DNA of 64,000 nucleotides from Yuukianura sp. NJ FZ-2021 (taxonomy: Eukaryota): NCBI GenBank assembly GCA_046563655.1, contig CM102290.1, positions 1,736,001 to 1,800,000 on the forward strand. Reading direction: 5' to 3'. Positions 37,541-48,700 of this stretch are shown here, piece by piece (the first letter of the stretch is position 1; every line of letters begins with the position of its first letter). The notes under the pieces are model-generated. The model was not told the origin of the DNA. It saw only the letters and a program-made list of their open reading frames with translations, and did not search any database. Made by a program: the position numbers and the translations under genes.

Positions 37541-39340
37541 GGGGGTCACAGTCACTTATATGTTAATCGTTTTATTATTTATTCCTTTTGCCAACTAATT
37601 TTAACATCCGAAAAATAAGAAAGTTTCTAAATGGGCTAAACCCTGTCCGTTTTTTGACATTGCGTTTTAGAAGCCGTTGGTGAAAGCAGAATGGTCAAAA
37701 TTACACAACTCCTTTCTTCCCTTTGTTGGATTTAAACTACGCCGGTAGCCACTTGAGAACCAAAATCACACGACCATTTTCATCTCCACTTTCCGCCAAC
37801 ATTCAATCGCAACCCAAAACTAAAGAAAAACATCTCTGCCTAGATACTCCCTCCGACTCAGAAGATATTTCACAAGGCTTAACATTTCAAACGTTAATCA
37901 AAACCGGCTTTCTCAGCTCACTTGTGCTAAACAAAAATGTTAATTTTTTAATTTCAATTTAAATCCAGCAATTGAAGCTATTTTTTGACAAAGTCTAGCA
38001 GCTTAAAAACAGAAACAAATGGAAATCTGAGACCCGGAAATGGAAATGTCGAAATAAAAAATAAGTTGATGATTGAAGAAAAATTGAGTCCCACTTTCAC
38101 CAACCTCGAAACTACATTAGACAAAACAAAAATTTTCCTTCGATTGAACTTAGTTTTTCAAAAAAACTTTCACTTTTTGACTCAAAAACAGTTTTGCGGT
38201 GCTCCAAACTTTTCATTTTTGCAACTAAAAAGGAAAAAACAAAAACCCCACAAAAACAAAAGACGCATAGTCGGAATCACCCAGATTATGCACAAAGTTT
38301 ACCCGTTTTTAAAAGTTGAGTTTAAAGAAACTTTTTTTAAACTTTTTTTTTGAAAAACGAGAATAAGGTGTTGCACTGGCCTTGAATACTGAAACAAGAG
38401 GTTGTGCTAACAGTTACTGTTGAGTTGGATGCTCGAGTAAGGATTAGGTCGTTGACGAGGAAATAATGACTGTTACGAGGAAAGTTGAACAAGTCACTTA
38501 AGCAACCCACGAACCACCCGAAACCCACACCGGTGGGGCCGTTCTCAGCGGCCATCTTGCATTCCAAATTGTTTTTTCCCGCAAATACCAAATTTAAAAA
38601 AAAAACAGCCTCAGGCCACCCGCCATGACCAATTGAAGTTTAAATTCAAATTTAAGACGAAAATATTATTTTAAAAGGACAAGGTTTGGCTGTTTCTAGT
38701 AAAAACAAAAAAAAAGACTGAAAAAAATTGGGGCGAAGTGAGATTGAGTTATTCTACTTTATCTCAATTTGCCCCAATTTTAATATTGCATAACGTGGTG
38801 AGTTGAGTACGTGTGTCACGTGGATGGGGTTGAGAAAAAGGAGCCAAATTTGAAATGGTTCCCTTGGAGACGACGTTAGTACTTACTCGAGAGCGAATAT
38901 TGTTGTTTTTAGTTTTATTGTTATTATTTTAATTGCAATTATTATTACTGTGACTATTATTAGTAGAGGAGCTGGAGAACGTCATAAACAAGTCATAAAA
39001 CCAATTAAAACAAACACTCTCCACTGCCTCCATTTTATTCTTTTCCCGCTCCCACTTTGAAAATGGAGCGCGGAGCGGGAGTCATTTGCCTGCCAGAGAG
39101 GAGAAAGCACAAAGTTATAGAAACATAATAGTAAAAGTATCTGATTCACAAGCACCATCATTTATCATTCCTCACTTTTCCAACATAACCTAATATAACA
39201 TAACATAGGGTTCCAACATAACATAGCCTAACTTTTCAACCTAACCACAGCACCCAATTCCAACAATCTCCACCAATCCACCAGAACATACTTTCGCTTC
39301 TGTCAAAAACTTTTTCACAACCAGGAACCTTTCCCGCCTC

Positions 39341-39598
39341 CAAGGTTCCTTGACAACGAAAAGTTAATTTTCTTTAACAGGTCGGGTACTACCTCGCTTG
39401 TTGGCAAAAAAAAATGTGTACCAATTTTAGTACCAATCCAAAAAATTACAACCAATTTGTATGTAAAATTTAAAAAAATCGGCTGTATTGTTATGACTAC
39501 GATGCCCGGAAATGAAGACGCACTTTTTTTTTTGCAAAATCAAAAGAACATGAGGTATTACCCAACCTGCTAAAGAAAATCAAAGTCAACAAACCTTG
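39341..39598. mobile_element. P-like MITE family A (reverse orientation)
   Basis: CAAGGTTCC...AAACCTTG; perfect 8-bp TSD CCCGCCTC. Confidence 0.9.
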
Positions 39599-41850
39599 CC
39601 CGCCTCCGCCTAAATTCACATTCCTAAAGACTAACGCATGGTGTTAGGTGTCAAGATTTATTAATTTCAACTTTCGTCACTTTTTCCTGCAAAAGTATTC
39701 CATAACAACCCAACTACTAATCCCTTTCACTTCAATACTGTCTAAACACACTGAAAGTGTAACATTTTGAATGTAAATTTACATTTTGCATTCAAAAGTA
39801 TACGTGTAAATGTGTAGAATGTGTAAAGTGATTTGTGAGAACACGTTTTGTTAGAAGCGGGGATGACAAGCTAATGATTTACACAATTATTGTACTCAGC
39901 TTAGCCGAATATTACATGGTTTTGTTTTCAAAATTTACATTGTTCAAAATTTCCAAGAACTTTGAAAGTTTTTGAACGCATGGATTCCATTTATATTCGC
40001 GCCTTTTGAAACTTGAGTTCCACAAATTGTTTTTGTTACAAATCGGACTATCACTGTCATTGTTTTCACAAAGTACGTGCCTTTTTTTCTGTAAACTGTC
40101 AAGAGTTGTCCACAAAACTTTTTTTTAAAAAAAAAGAGGACAAAATGGATCATGTCTTAAAAAATTTTTTTTAAAGAAGTTTTTCTTTTGGAAAACAAGA
40201 ATTCAAAATTGTTTTGTTCTCAAAAAACAAAAACAGGAACTTTCCTTCAAAACTTAAATCCGTTTTTCTTTTGTCAAGAAGCTTTACAGAAAGCACGGAA
40301 CCTTAAAAAGCAGTTTGTTCTGCACAGCACGACGGCAGCATCCAGCATCAGTACACTCCCTCCCTTTTTTAAAATTTAGAAAATGATCCGCCAGCAGCAG
40401 GGAGGGAAGCACGAGAACATACAACTTTCTCCTTTCACTTTCTCCGTACCTCGTAAGCATATAAAATCATAAGAAGACTTTATATGAATACCAAGGATTT
40501 GGCTCCAAATTTCAAACTTTTTTAGTTCCATCAACATATCCCTCCCCTCCTTCTCCAATTTCAAGATCTTTTCCCCGGGCAGGGGGCAGACGAGGGGAAA
40601 ACTTGCACAATTTTAGTCTATTATGAAACTATTAAAATTCCCAAACAGAATCTAGGACTTTTAATAAAGTTCTCTTCCATAATAAAGTTCTTGGTTCTAG
40701 TGCTGATGCTGCTGGTGGTGATGCTGATGCTGCCAACAGTTTTCAAGTCCTGCTTAAGGAAAGAGAAAGTCTCAAATGAAATGGAAATAAAAAAGGGATA
40801 TTAGGAACGTAGGGAAAGGAACAGGAAACTCTCCATTTATTTTCAACGGTGGAGGAAGAAAGAAGAGGGCCATGCTGTCAGTCTGTCAAGGAGATTCTGG
40901 AGATTCTTCCAAAGTGTTAGAATCTGAAAAAAGAAGAAAAGAAATTACTATACAGTTGGTGGGGAGAGGAGGATAAAGGAAACGGAGTTAAGTTGTCTTC
41001 TACCCAAGTCTATTTCAGATTCTGTACACACAATTTAATTAAACAGAAAGAAAGACGAAAACACTTTGTCTTAAATATTCTCTGAAAGGGACGTACTGTG
41101 AGAGAAAACAATTTCTGGAACCAGTCCTTCCCTGTCTGTCACTCAATTCCGTCAAAATCTTTTTGTGAGAGACACATCTGAGGAACACCGCCGAGCCGGA
41201 ACTAATGGATCTCCTTTCCCCGTTCGTCGTGAGTCATTGCTTCTAGCTCTCTCCAGAATCTGATTCCATGTCAAGTCAATCTTGATCCTTCACAGTCACT
41301 TCCTGAAAGTCAAATGTTACAATTGCAGTTAAATCTGACTTAAAAGGTACTTAGAGTGACGAAAATGTTCAAGTACTAGTGTACATACGTAAGGTTAAGT
41401 TAAGATTTATGAAGCCATGGCACCCTTCTGGTGAAAGCTATGTTGATGATGACAGTGTTCCCCTACGGTGCTTCTTTGTTTCTCCCCCTCCTGCATGTTT
41501 CCTGGCCTTGTTTGGAAACCAAGTCATGAAGGGCATTCCTCCATGTGAGTGAAAGTAATAGGATCAGATCCATTTCATGTCCAGCATCGACCAAACATTC
41601 CATCACATCCAACTTTATTCCGAAAAAATATTGATGATTTCGGTTACTAGTAGTGAACTTGTAGTAGTCGTGAAGACGTGTGGCCCTGCCCTTTGTACTG
41701 AGACTTATTGGAAGTATAAACTGTTCTAAAAGGAGTAACAAAGTTAGGTTATTAGGTTGATAGTTAAATTGACTCGGAGTGGTCCATCTTCTAGTAGTGG
41801 TAGGGTACACGTCGATTCTTGATTCATCTGCTGCCGATCTCCAAATCTCA

Positions 41851-42419
41851 TTAGGGATTTGGACTTTTTGGAACTGGAGCGGAAAGATCTTGGGGCGGTG
41901 GATGTTCTGGATAGTAGCGATTCTTCATTGCCCTGTACTTTTTGAGAGAGTAGAGTGCTTTTAGTTCGTCCATAATGTATTCTCCGAAACGAATTAATTC
42001 CCGAATCTTGTCTGGATCTTGAACGTCTTTGTTTTTAGTGAAGGCTCTGTGAGCTCTATTTCGAAAGTAAGTGTAGCCCTCAGGATAATCTCGTCCCATG
42101 TACAGAAGCTGAAAAACGGAAGTTAACAAATGCCAAGGATTACTTTTATGAGAAAACACGGCCTCGAGTGAGGTAAACGACCCTGTGTTCTTTACCATCT
42201 TCAACCAACATTTGCCAAATTTAGAACTTTCATTAATTGTACATCGTTTAAAATTAAATTAAGGCTACCATGAGCTGTACTGTTGAGCTAAGCAGCCTAC
42301 AACAGTAACAAAATACTGCACAAACTTTGCTTACTTTTTTTACTTAAATTTCAGTTCAAGCAATTTGCCATACTTACGTTTTTATACAGCTGCAGTACTT
42401 GCCTCCGTATTTCAGTCAT
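41851..42419 (-). CDS. ETFRF1: LYR-motif protein 5 / electron transfer flavoprotein regulatory factor 1
   Basis: Two exons: 42419-42378 ([20 protein letters not shown]) and 42108-41851 ([54 protein letters not shown]). 99 aa in total with the classic LYRM5 pattern. Confidence 0.93.
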
Positions 42420-42775
42420 AGTTTCTCGATTGCTCAACCAATTCTTATGCAGAATGTTAATCGATTAACTTAACTTGACAGTCATTAATTGCGTTACTAA
42501 GCAAATGACACCAATGATAATGAATGACAAAGAAAAATAAAAATTCTGTTGTTTACTTTCACAATGTGATTGTATTTCGCGCAAAAAAGATTCAAAAATT
42601 TCTCACTCGGGATTTGATTCTCCACTAAAGACGAAATCTTTGGACAATAAGAAACTATTATTCTTATTGTTTTGTAAAATTAAAAACAAATTGAAAAATC
42701 AGAACATGATGTTTAGTTTACGAAAACAAACGCTGAAATAAATAATTTGTAAAAAAATTTTGCAGAAATTCAGAA
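42420..42775. promoter_or_regulatory. Divergent promoter region shared by LYRM5 and DNAI7/CASC1
   Basis: Head-to-head ATGs with 356 bp between them. X-box-like GTTACTAAGCAAA at 42493-42505, forkhead-like TGTTTAC at 42550-42556, E2F-like TTTCGCGC at 42575-42582. Confidence 0.55.
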
Positions 42776-45700
42776 ATGGACTTGGCTAAACTAAAGGCAG
42801 AAAAGTTAGAGCGGGAAAAACAATTGAAATTAATCAGAGAGGCAGCAATTCGTTCCAAAATTTTGGCAGAAGAAGAACGATTACGTTTAGTTGAATTGAA
42901 ACGGAGTGATGACCTTATTCAACACTACGATTCACAACTGATGACGTTTGTCCAGAAAGAAACGTTTAGACAATCATGGGAACGCATTGTACAGTGTTCG
43001 GCACTTCCGCAGTTGTCGAATCTGAGCAGTGTTCATTCGTTTTGTGCTCAATGGCATCAGTACTGTCAGGGACATGATGGAGCTCGTCTGGAAGCTGTGT
43101 TTGAACATACGGAACAAATTTTGGAGGTAAGATTCAAGTTTAGTTTAAAATTTACAACTTTGGAAACCAATTTTTCAAAAAGACACAATTTTTAAGCTGT
43201 TGGCAAACATCCGAAAGTTTTTGGCGTTTCCTCCGGATGATACATCGGTTGAAAACTTGGAAGAAATGGGGATAGTAAGAAATTCAAAAAAGTTTTCCAA
43301 ATTTCAAAATTTTTCATAAAATTTGACATTTTCTTAAAATTTGTTGGAAATTGCCAGATTTACGAGGATATTAAAAGACGTCAACAAGAGTTTCTGGACA
43401 GAAGTTCGCACACAATTTTAACTGATCTGCGCAGACTCTATGATCCCGAAGTCGGTATTGTTGATTGTCAAATGAAATCAAAGAATGTTGCTCACTACCT
43501 CTGGTCCAACTTGTACTCCTGTCCAGAATTTAGTGGACATGACTTTGAAGATGCCGACTTCCGGTTTCGCATTCCCGAGTCACTTGTACTCGTTCCCGGA
43601 GTTTACCGCTTGCTCAAGCTAGAGTATGACCCCTACTCTGACTCAGTCTCCTCCTACTTTCCCCCCGGGGCAACCTCATTTCTCAAAAGCGGTAACCTTT
43701 GACACTTTTTTTTGAAATTGTACACGTTTTTGAAAAAAAAAATAGGGAAAATGAAAAAGTGCATTTTTTGTTCCCCAGCAACTGAGAATTGGATTTGGAG
43801 GGAACAGGAGCAGCGAAGTACTTGGAAATCTGGGAAGTTGGCTCAAGTGGCTGGAAGCACTGGAGTGGAAGTTGTAGAAGAGGGACAAGACTCCTCGTCG
43901 TCGGCGGAGGTTCAATTCCCCCTTCCCTCTCTTTTTTTTCTTCCTCTTGAAATAAATCCAGTGTCTTTTGAGTGACAGAATGACTGAGGAGTAACCCCTC
44001 ACACACATCCCCTCCCTCTTCCTTAGACTGACGATCTGATCTCCCTGATTTAAATCTTTCCGCTTCTTTTTTTATTTTATAGACTTTGCTCAAACGGAAA
44101 TGGAAGTCGATGACGATGAGGAATCAAGAGCAAAGAACCCACCCGCCCCACCAACAAGCCCCACCAAGCGGAAGTGACACTTTGATCTTGGCGGGACAAA
44201 CGACTGCCGCCCCACCAACTGCTCACCCGAATCTCATCACTACAATATCCAATGACACATCGGTCACATCTCCAAATCCCAAGGTCATCAGCCCACCAGA
44301 TGACCCCCGCGAGCCACCACCCTCCAGCCCCACCCCACAAACGGACCCACCCTCCAGTCCCACCCCTAAAGAGGACCCACCCGATGCAACTCAACGGCTA
44401 CAGTCAGCTGACACCGCTGAGGTAAAAGTCAAAAATTATCTAATTATCTAAATATTATCCTAATATCCTAATAATATCCTTAGTATTCTAATACGAATAT
44501 CCTTAATATCCTAATAATTATCTAAATATAAATAATTATCTCAAATTTATGTTTTTTGATCTTTACTTCCGAACTGCGCTACTAAAATTTGAAAAATGCG
44601 AATTTAAAAATCCATACTTTCGCTACTTTAGTATTTATGTTTTTGCTTTTAATTTGACTTTCAACATAAATTTAAAACCAAATCTGTTTAAATGTAATTG
44701 TAACTCGTAACTCTATCAAAACCTTCCGGTGCATAAATGACCTTCTCAATTAACTTTTTGGAGTTAATTTAGAAATTAAGAAAGTTGGTGGGAAATATTT
44801 GAAAACTTTTTAGTCGAAAACTTTCTGTAGTCTTGCCCCATTTGAATCAAATCAACAAGAAAACAGAAATTAGAACACAACTTTCCAGATTTCAGACTTT
44901 ATTTTCCAAAAAGGAAAAGCGTGGAAAATCGTCTTTTGATTTTCCCGCTTTTTTCTCTTTTCACTTTCTCTCTCTTTCTCCATTTAGACATTTACTAGAC
45001 GAGGCCCAAAAGACTTACAGTTATGAGTCGAAAACTAGTTTTTGAAAACTGTTAATTTTGACTCTGAGACTACTCAAAAGTTTCATAAAACTTCAGTTTT
45101 TGACTTCAAAATGAAATTGAATGGACAAAGTTATAAAGTTGTTGAGTAAAGTAGAAGAGATTGGAGAAAGTAAAAATAGAACGGAGAGTGAAAGGTAAAA
45201 GTAGGCTGACATTTAGGCAGAATAGGAGAATTATTTTAGTATTCGGCAGAGTAGTAGAAAATAGTAGCAATAGAATAAGATTTCCATTTCCTAGAAATGG
45301 GAATTGGATCTTTTTAATTTGATTCCTCCCGTTTTTTGAAATCTTTTTTTTTTTTTGAAATTTATACCGTGAAAGTTCCACATGAAGTGCATTACTAGAA
45401 GTTCAATTTCCAAACTTTGTTCTTCCTCATCAACTAAGCAAATGAAGGTCATAAGTAACATGATTCTACGACCTAACTTTTTTAACTTTCTTTTCTTGCT
45501 TTTTCCTCTGTATTTTTTCGAAACAAGTTGTTTAAAAAATCCCTCTAAAAAGTTTTCCTTTTGGTTTCCTGCCATTCTCGGTGTGTGTTTTTTTTCTTTT
45601 CCCAATCCCAAGACAAATGGTCGTAAATCCAGCGACGACATTTTGGAAACGAAAAAAACTCACGAAATAATATGGGAAAAGAACTGTTTCATTTTCTACT

Positions 45701-48700
45701 AACTCACAGCTCATCGCTTTCTCTTTTTCCTTTTCTGTTCCTTTCTGTCAAAATCAAACGAAAATGGTGACAAGAACTTTGATTTCGTCCAGAAATGGAT
45801 ATACAGAGCCGTTTTTCAAAAATTTTACTTCGGAAACAAAATAAAAATAAGGTAAAAGAAAATAAACAAAATAAAAGACAGGTAAAAAAAAATACTTACT
45901 GTAAAACTTCTAATAAACGCCTGTTTCTAACAAGCGCCGTTAAACTCCGGCAAAAATTAAAATTTTCAATAAGCGCCCGGGAGTTTATCAGAAGTTTTAC
46001 GGGAGACAACACGAAAAACAAAACGCTTGAAGAAAAAAAAATATGCTGAGGAACAAACTGAGGAGTTGAAATTTTTGATAGTTTTTAATTTCAGGAACTT
46101 TCGAGTTTCGTGCATCTTTTTTACGGTCGTTGGTTTAGAAATTATAAATTGTAGTTTCCAGGTTAAAGTTTTTTAAAATTGGCACGGTACATTTTTTTCT
46201 GCAGTATGGTTGTGACACAATGGGTAGAAATTTTTGTAACGTACGCATCAAACCATATAAAGAACGACGCAATCTCACTAGTCAATCTTTCCGTTTTCGC
46301 ACAACTTTTACAACCCTAAATCCGTTCGGTGTCAACTTCTTAATCAAAATAAAACACAGTGTACCACTACTATCAGAAAATAGGAATCTGCTGATTCAGT
46401 TGTTTAGTGACCTCTTCTTCTGTGGCCTAAAGGTCATTAGATGTCAAACATTTACCAAAGAAAATGTTTCATCACCACAAAAATGTCCAATCTCAAAGAA
46501 AATTTAACAAATTTGATTCTATGAGGAGGAATACCGAAAGCATTTTTTTTGGAAATGGAGTCAGGAACTTCGGCGAGGAAGAAAAAATCAGAATGCACGG
46601 ATGCTGCGTAAAAGCGTAATTTCAAAAAGCGGATCTTTTTAAATTTTCTTTTCAGTTTTTTTAAGGGAAAGCTTCCAAGGTTTGGTGACTTTGATTTTCT
46701 TTAACGGGTTGGGTAATACCTCATGTTTTTTTGTCTGATTTTGCAAAAAAATGTGTTTTTTCATTTCAGGGCATCGTTGTCATAACAATACAGTCTAATT
46801 TTTTACATTTTGCGTACGAGTTGGTAGCAATTTTTCGGATTGGTACTACAACTGGTACCACTTTTTTTTTGTAAACAAGCAATAAGGTAGTACCCAACCT
46901 GTTAAAGAATTAACTTTTCGTTGTCAAGGAACCTTGGAAAGCTTCAGTTTCCAATTTTTGGAAAGTGGGGTGTTTGAAAAAGTGTTCTGGAAATCTATTA
47001 GATCCAAATGGGATTTTTGTGCCCTTTTGCTGTTCATGCTTAAGTTTGACTATGGGAGGGCATGGGGACTTTCCCCTCCCCCACTTTCTCCTCCCCCCTC
47101 CCTGCAGTTTCCATTGGATAGAGGAAGATGGTTCAATTGAATCAGTAAGTAATTACCATCTGTCACCCTTAAAAGCACTTCACTTTCCTAAGCTCATCAT
47201 TCAATCCAACAAAAATACGCACTTCCCCGCCAAACTTTGAACTTCTATTGCCCCTCCACCTCCTCCTCCTCCGAGAAAACTTCCAATCCAATTGCTACTC
47301 CAAACTATGCACAACTCTAGGCGACAACCTAATGCCGCACACATCGAGACTCTTCAGGAATCAATCTTCAATTTGACTGAATCTCCATGACTTTTCCAAA
47401 AAAAAAAATAGAAGAAATTCAATTTTTTTTACATTTTCAATTTTGAAGTTCTGGAGTTCTCAATAGCAAGTTGAAGCATAAAGATGTTTTCTTCCTGCTT
47501 CCTGAAATTAGCACAACCAAGGTTCCTTGACTACGAAAAGTTAATTTTCTTTAACAGCTTGGGTACTACCTCGCTTGACCAAAAATAAAACGGAAAAAAA
47601 TTAGTAGTACATCCAAAAAATTGGCACCAATTTGTGTAAAAATTTAAAAAAAAATTGGCCATATTGCGATGTTATGACTACGTACGATGCACCGAAATGA
47701 AATGTTACTTTTCTTGCAAAATCAAAAAAAATAAGGTATTACCCAACCTGTTTAGGAAAATCTCAACTCAACAAACCTTGAGCACAACCTTAACAGATTA
47801 CCAGGCTCATGTAAATTCTTCTCCGAGGTTAGGTTAAGATTAGGTTGAACAGTTTGGCCCGCCATTTTAAGTTAGGTTTCCTTAGGCTAATGTTAGGTTA
47901 TGTACTGAGCATTCGGTGATAGGCTAATCGAACCTGTTGAGTTTGAAGCGGAAGCGGAAGCGACCTGGGGGGAAGCGGAATAAAGGGAAATGGTAATCAA
48001 GGAAGTTCCTTCCACTTTCTTTTTTACACTTTCAATCTAACAGTTAAGCATCCGCTCACTAAAGCCTCCTCCTCCTCCGCAATCCTCCTCCTCAAACCGC
48101 TTCCGCACTTTACTTTCATTTGAAACTTCCGCTTTCAACCATACTCTGCCCAAAGACCTCTTTCAATCAATTTAAAGTCAAGAGCAACCACTTTCCAAAC
48201 CAAATTCTCAGTCCGGAACAATCAAAATTTTTAAATTTTATGAAATTTCTAGGGGGACAAAGAGAGACTTTCTCCGGATGCAGAGGAAATGAAAACGAGG
48301 ACGCCAAAGGTAAATTTCTTCAAAAAAAAACTTTGACATTTTTTTTAAAACAAAAATTCGAAAATTCTTGGAAGTCCATTAGCATGTTTCTACGAAAGTG
48401 AATAAGGCAATTTACCTTACTTTCTTCTCGTCTCAATTATTCACTTTTAATGCTTTCACCAGCTTTTCTCAGTCTCTGTTCTCTGTTTTCCACTTTCCTG
48501 TTTTCTGTTTTTCACTTTCCTGTTTTCTGTTTTCCACTTTCCTGTTTTCTGTTTTTCACTTTCCTGTTTTCTGTTTTCCACTTTCCTGTTTTCTGTTTCT
48601 GCAGAAAGGTCGCCGGGGAAAGGGGAAAACCGACGGTGCGGAGGGGCGAACCAAAACGGAGGCAGAATGTACGTTTCTAAAAATTTTTTGATCTCTAATC

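Noticed and set aside
39180..39245. TTAGG/AACCT telomere-like runs (also near 2030, 23810, 47830)
   Set aside because: Short, degenerate and scattered; not a true interstitial telomeric array.
41097..41302. Minus-strand frame interrupted only by TGA codons (selenoprotein idea)
   Set aside because: No redox motif, recognisable homology or SECIS seen; plausible by chance in 200 nt.
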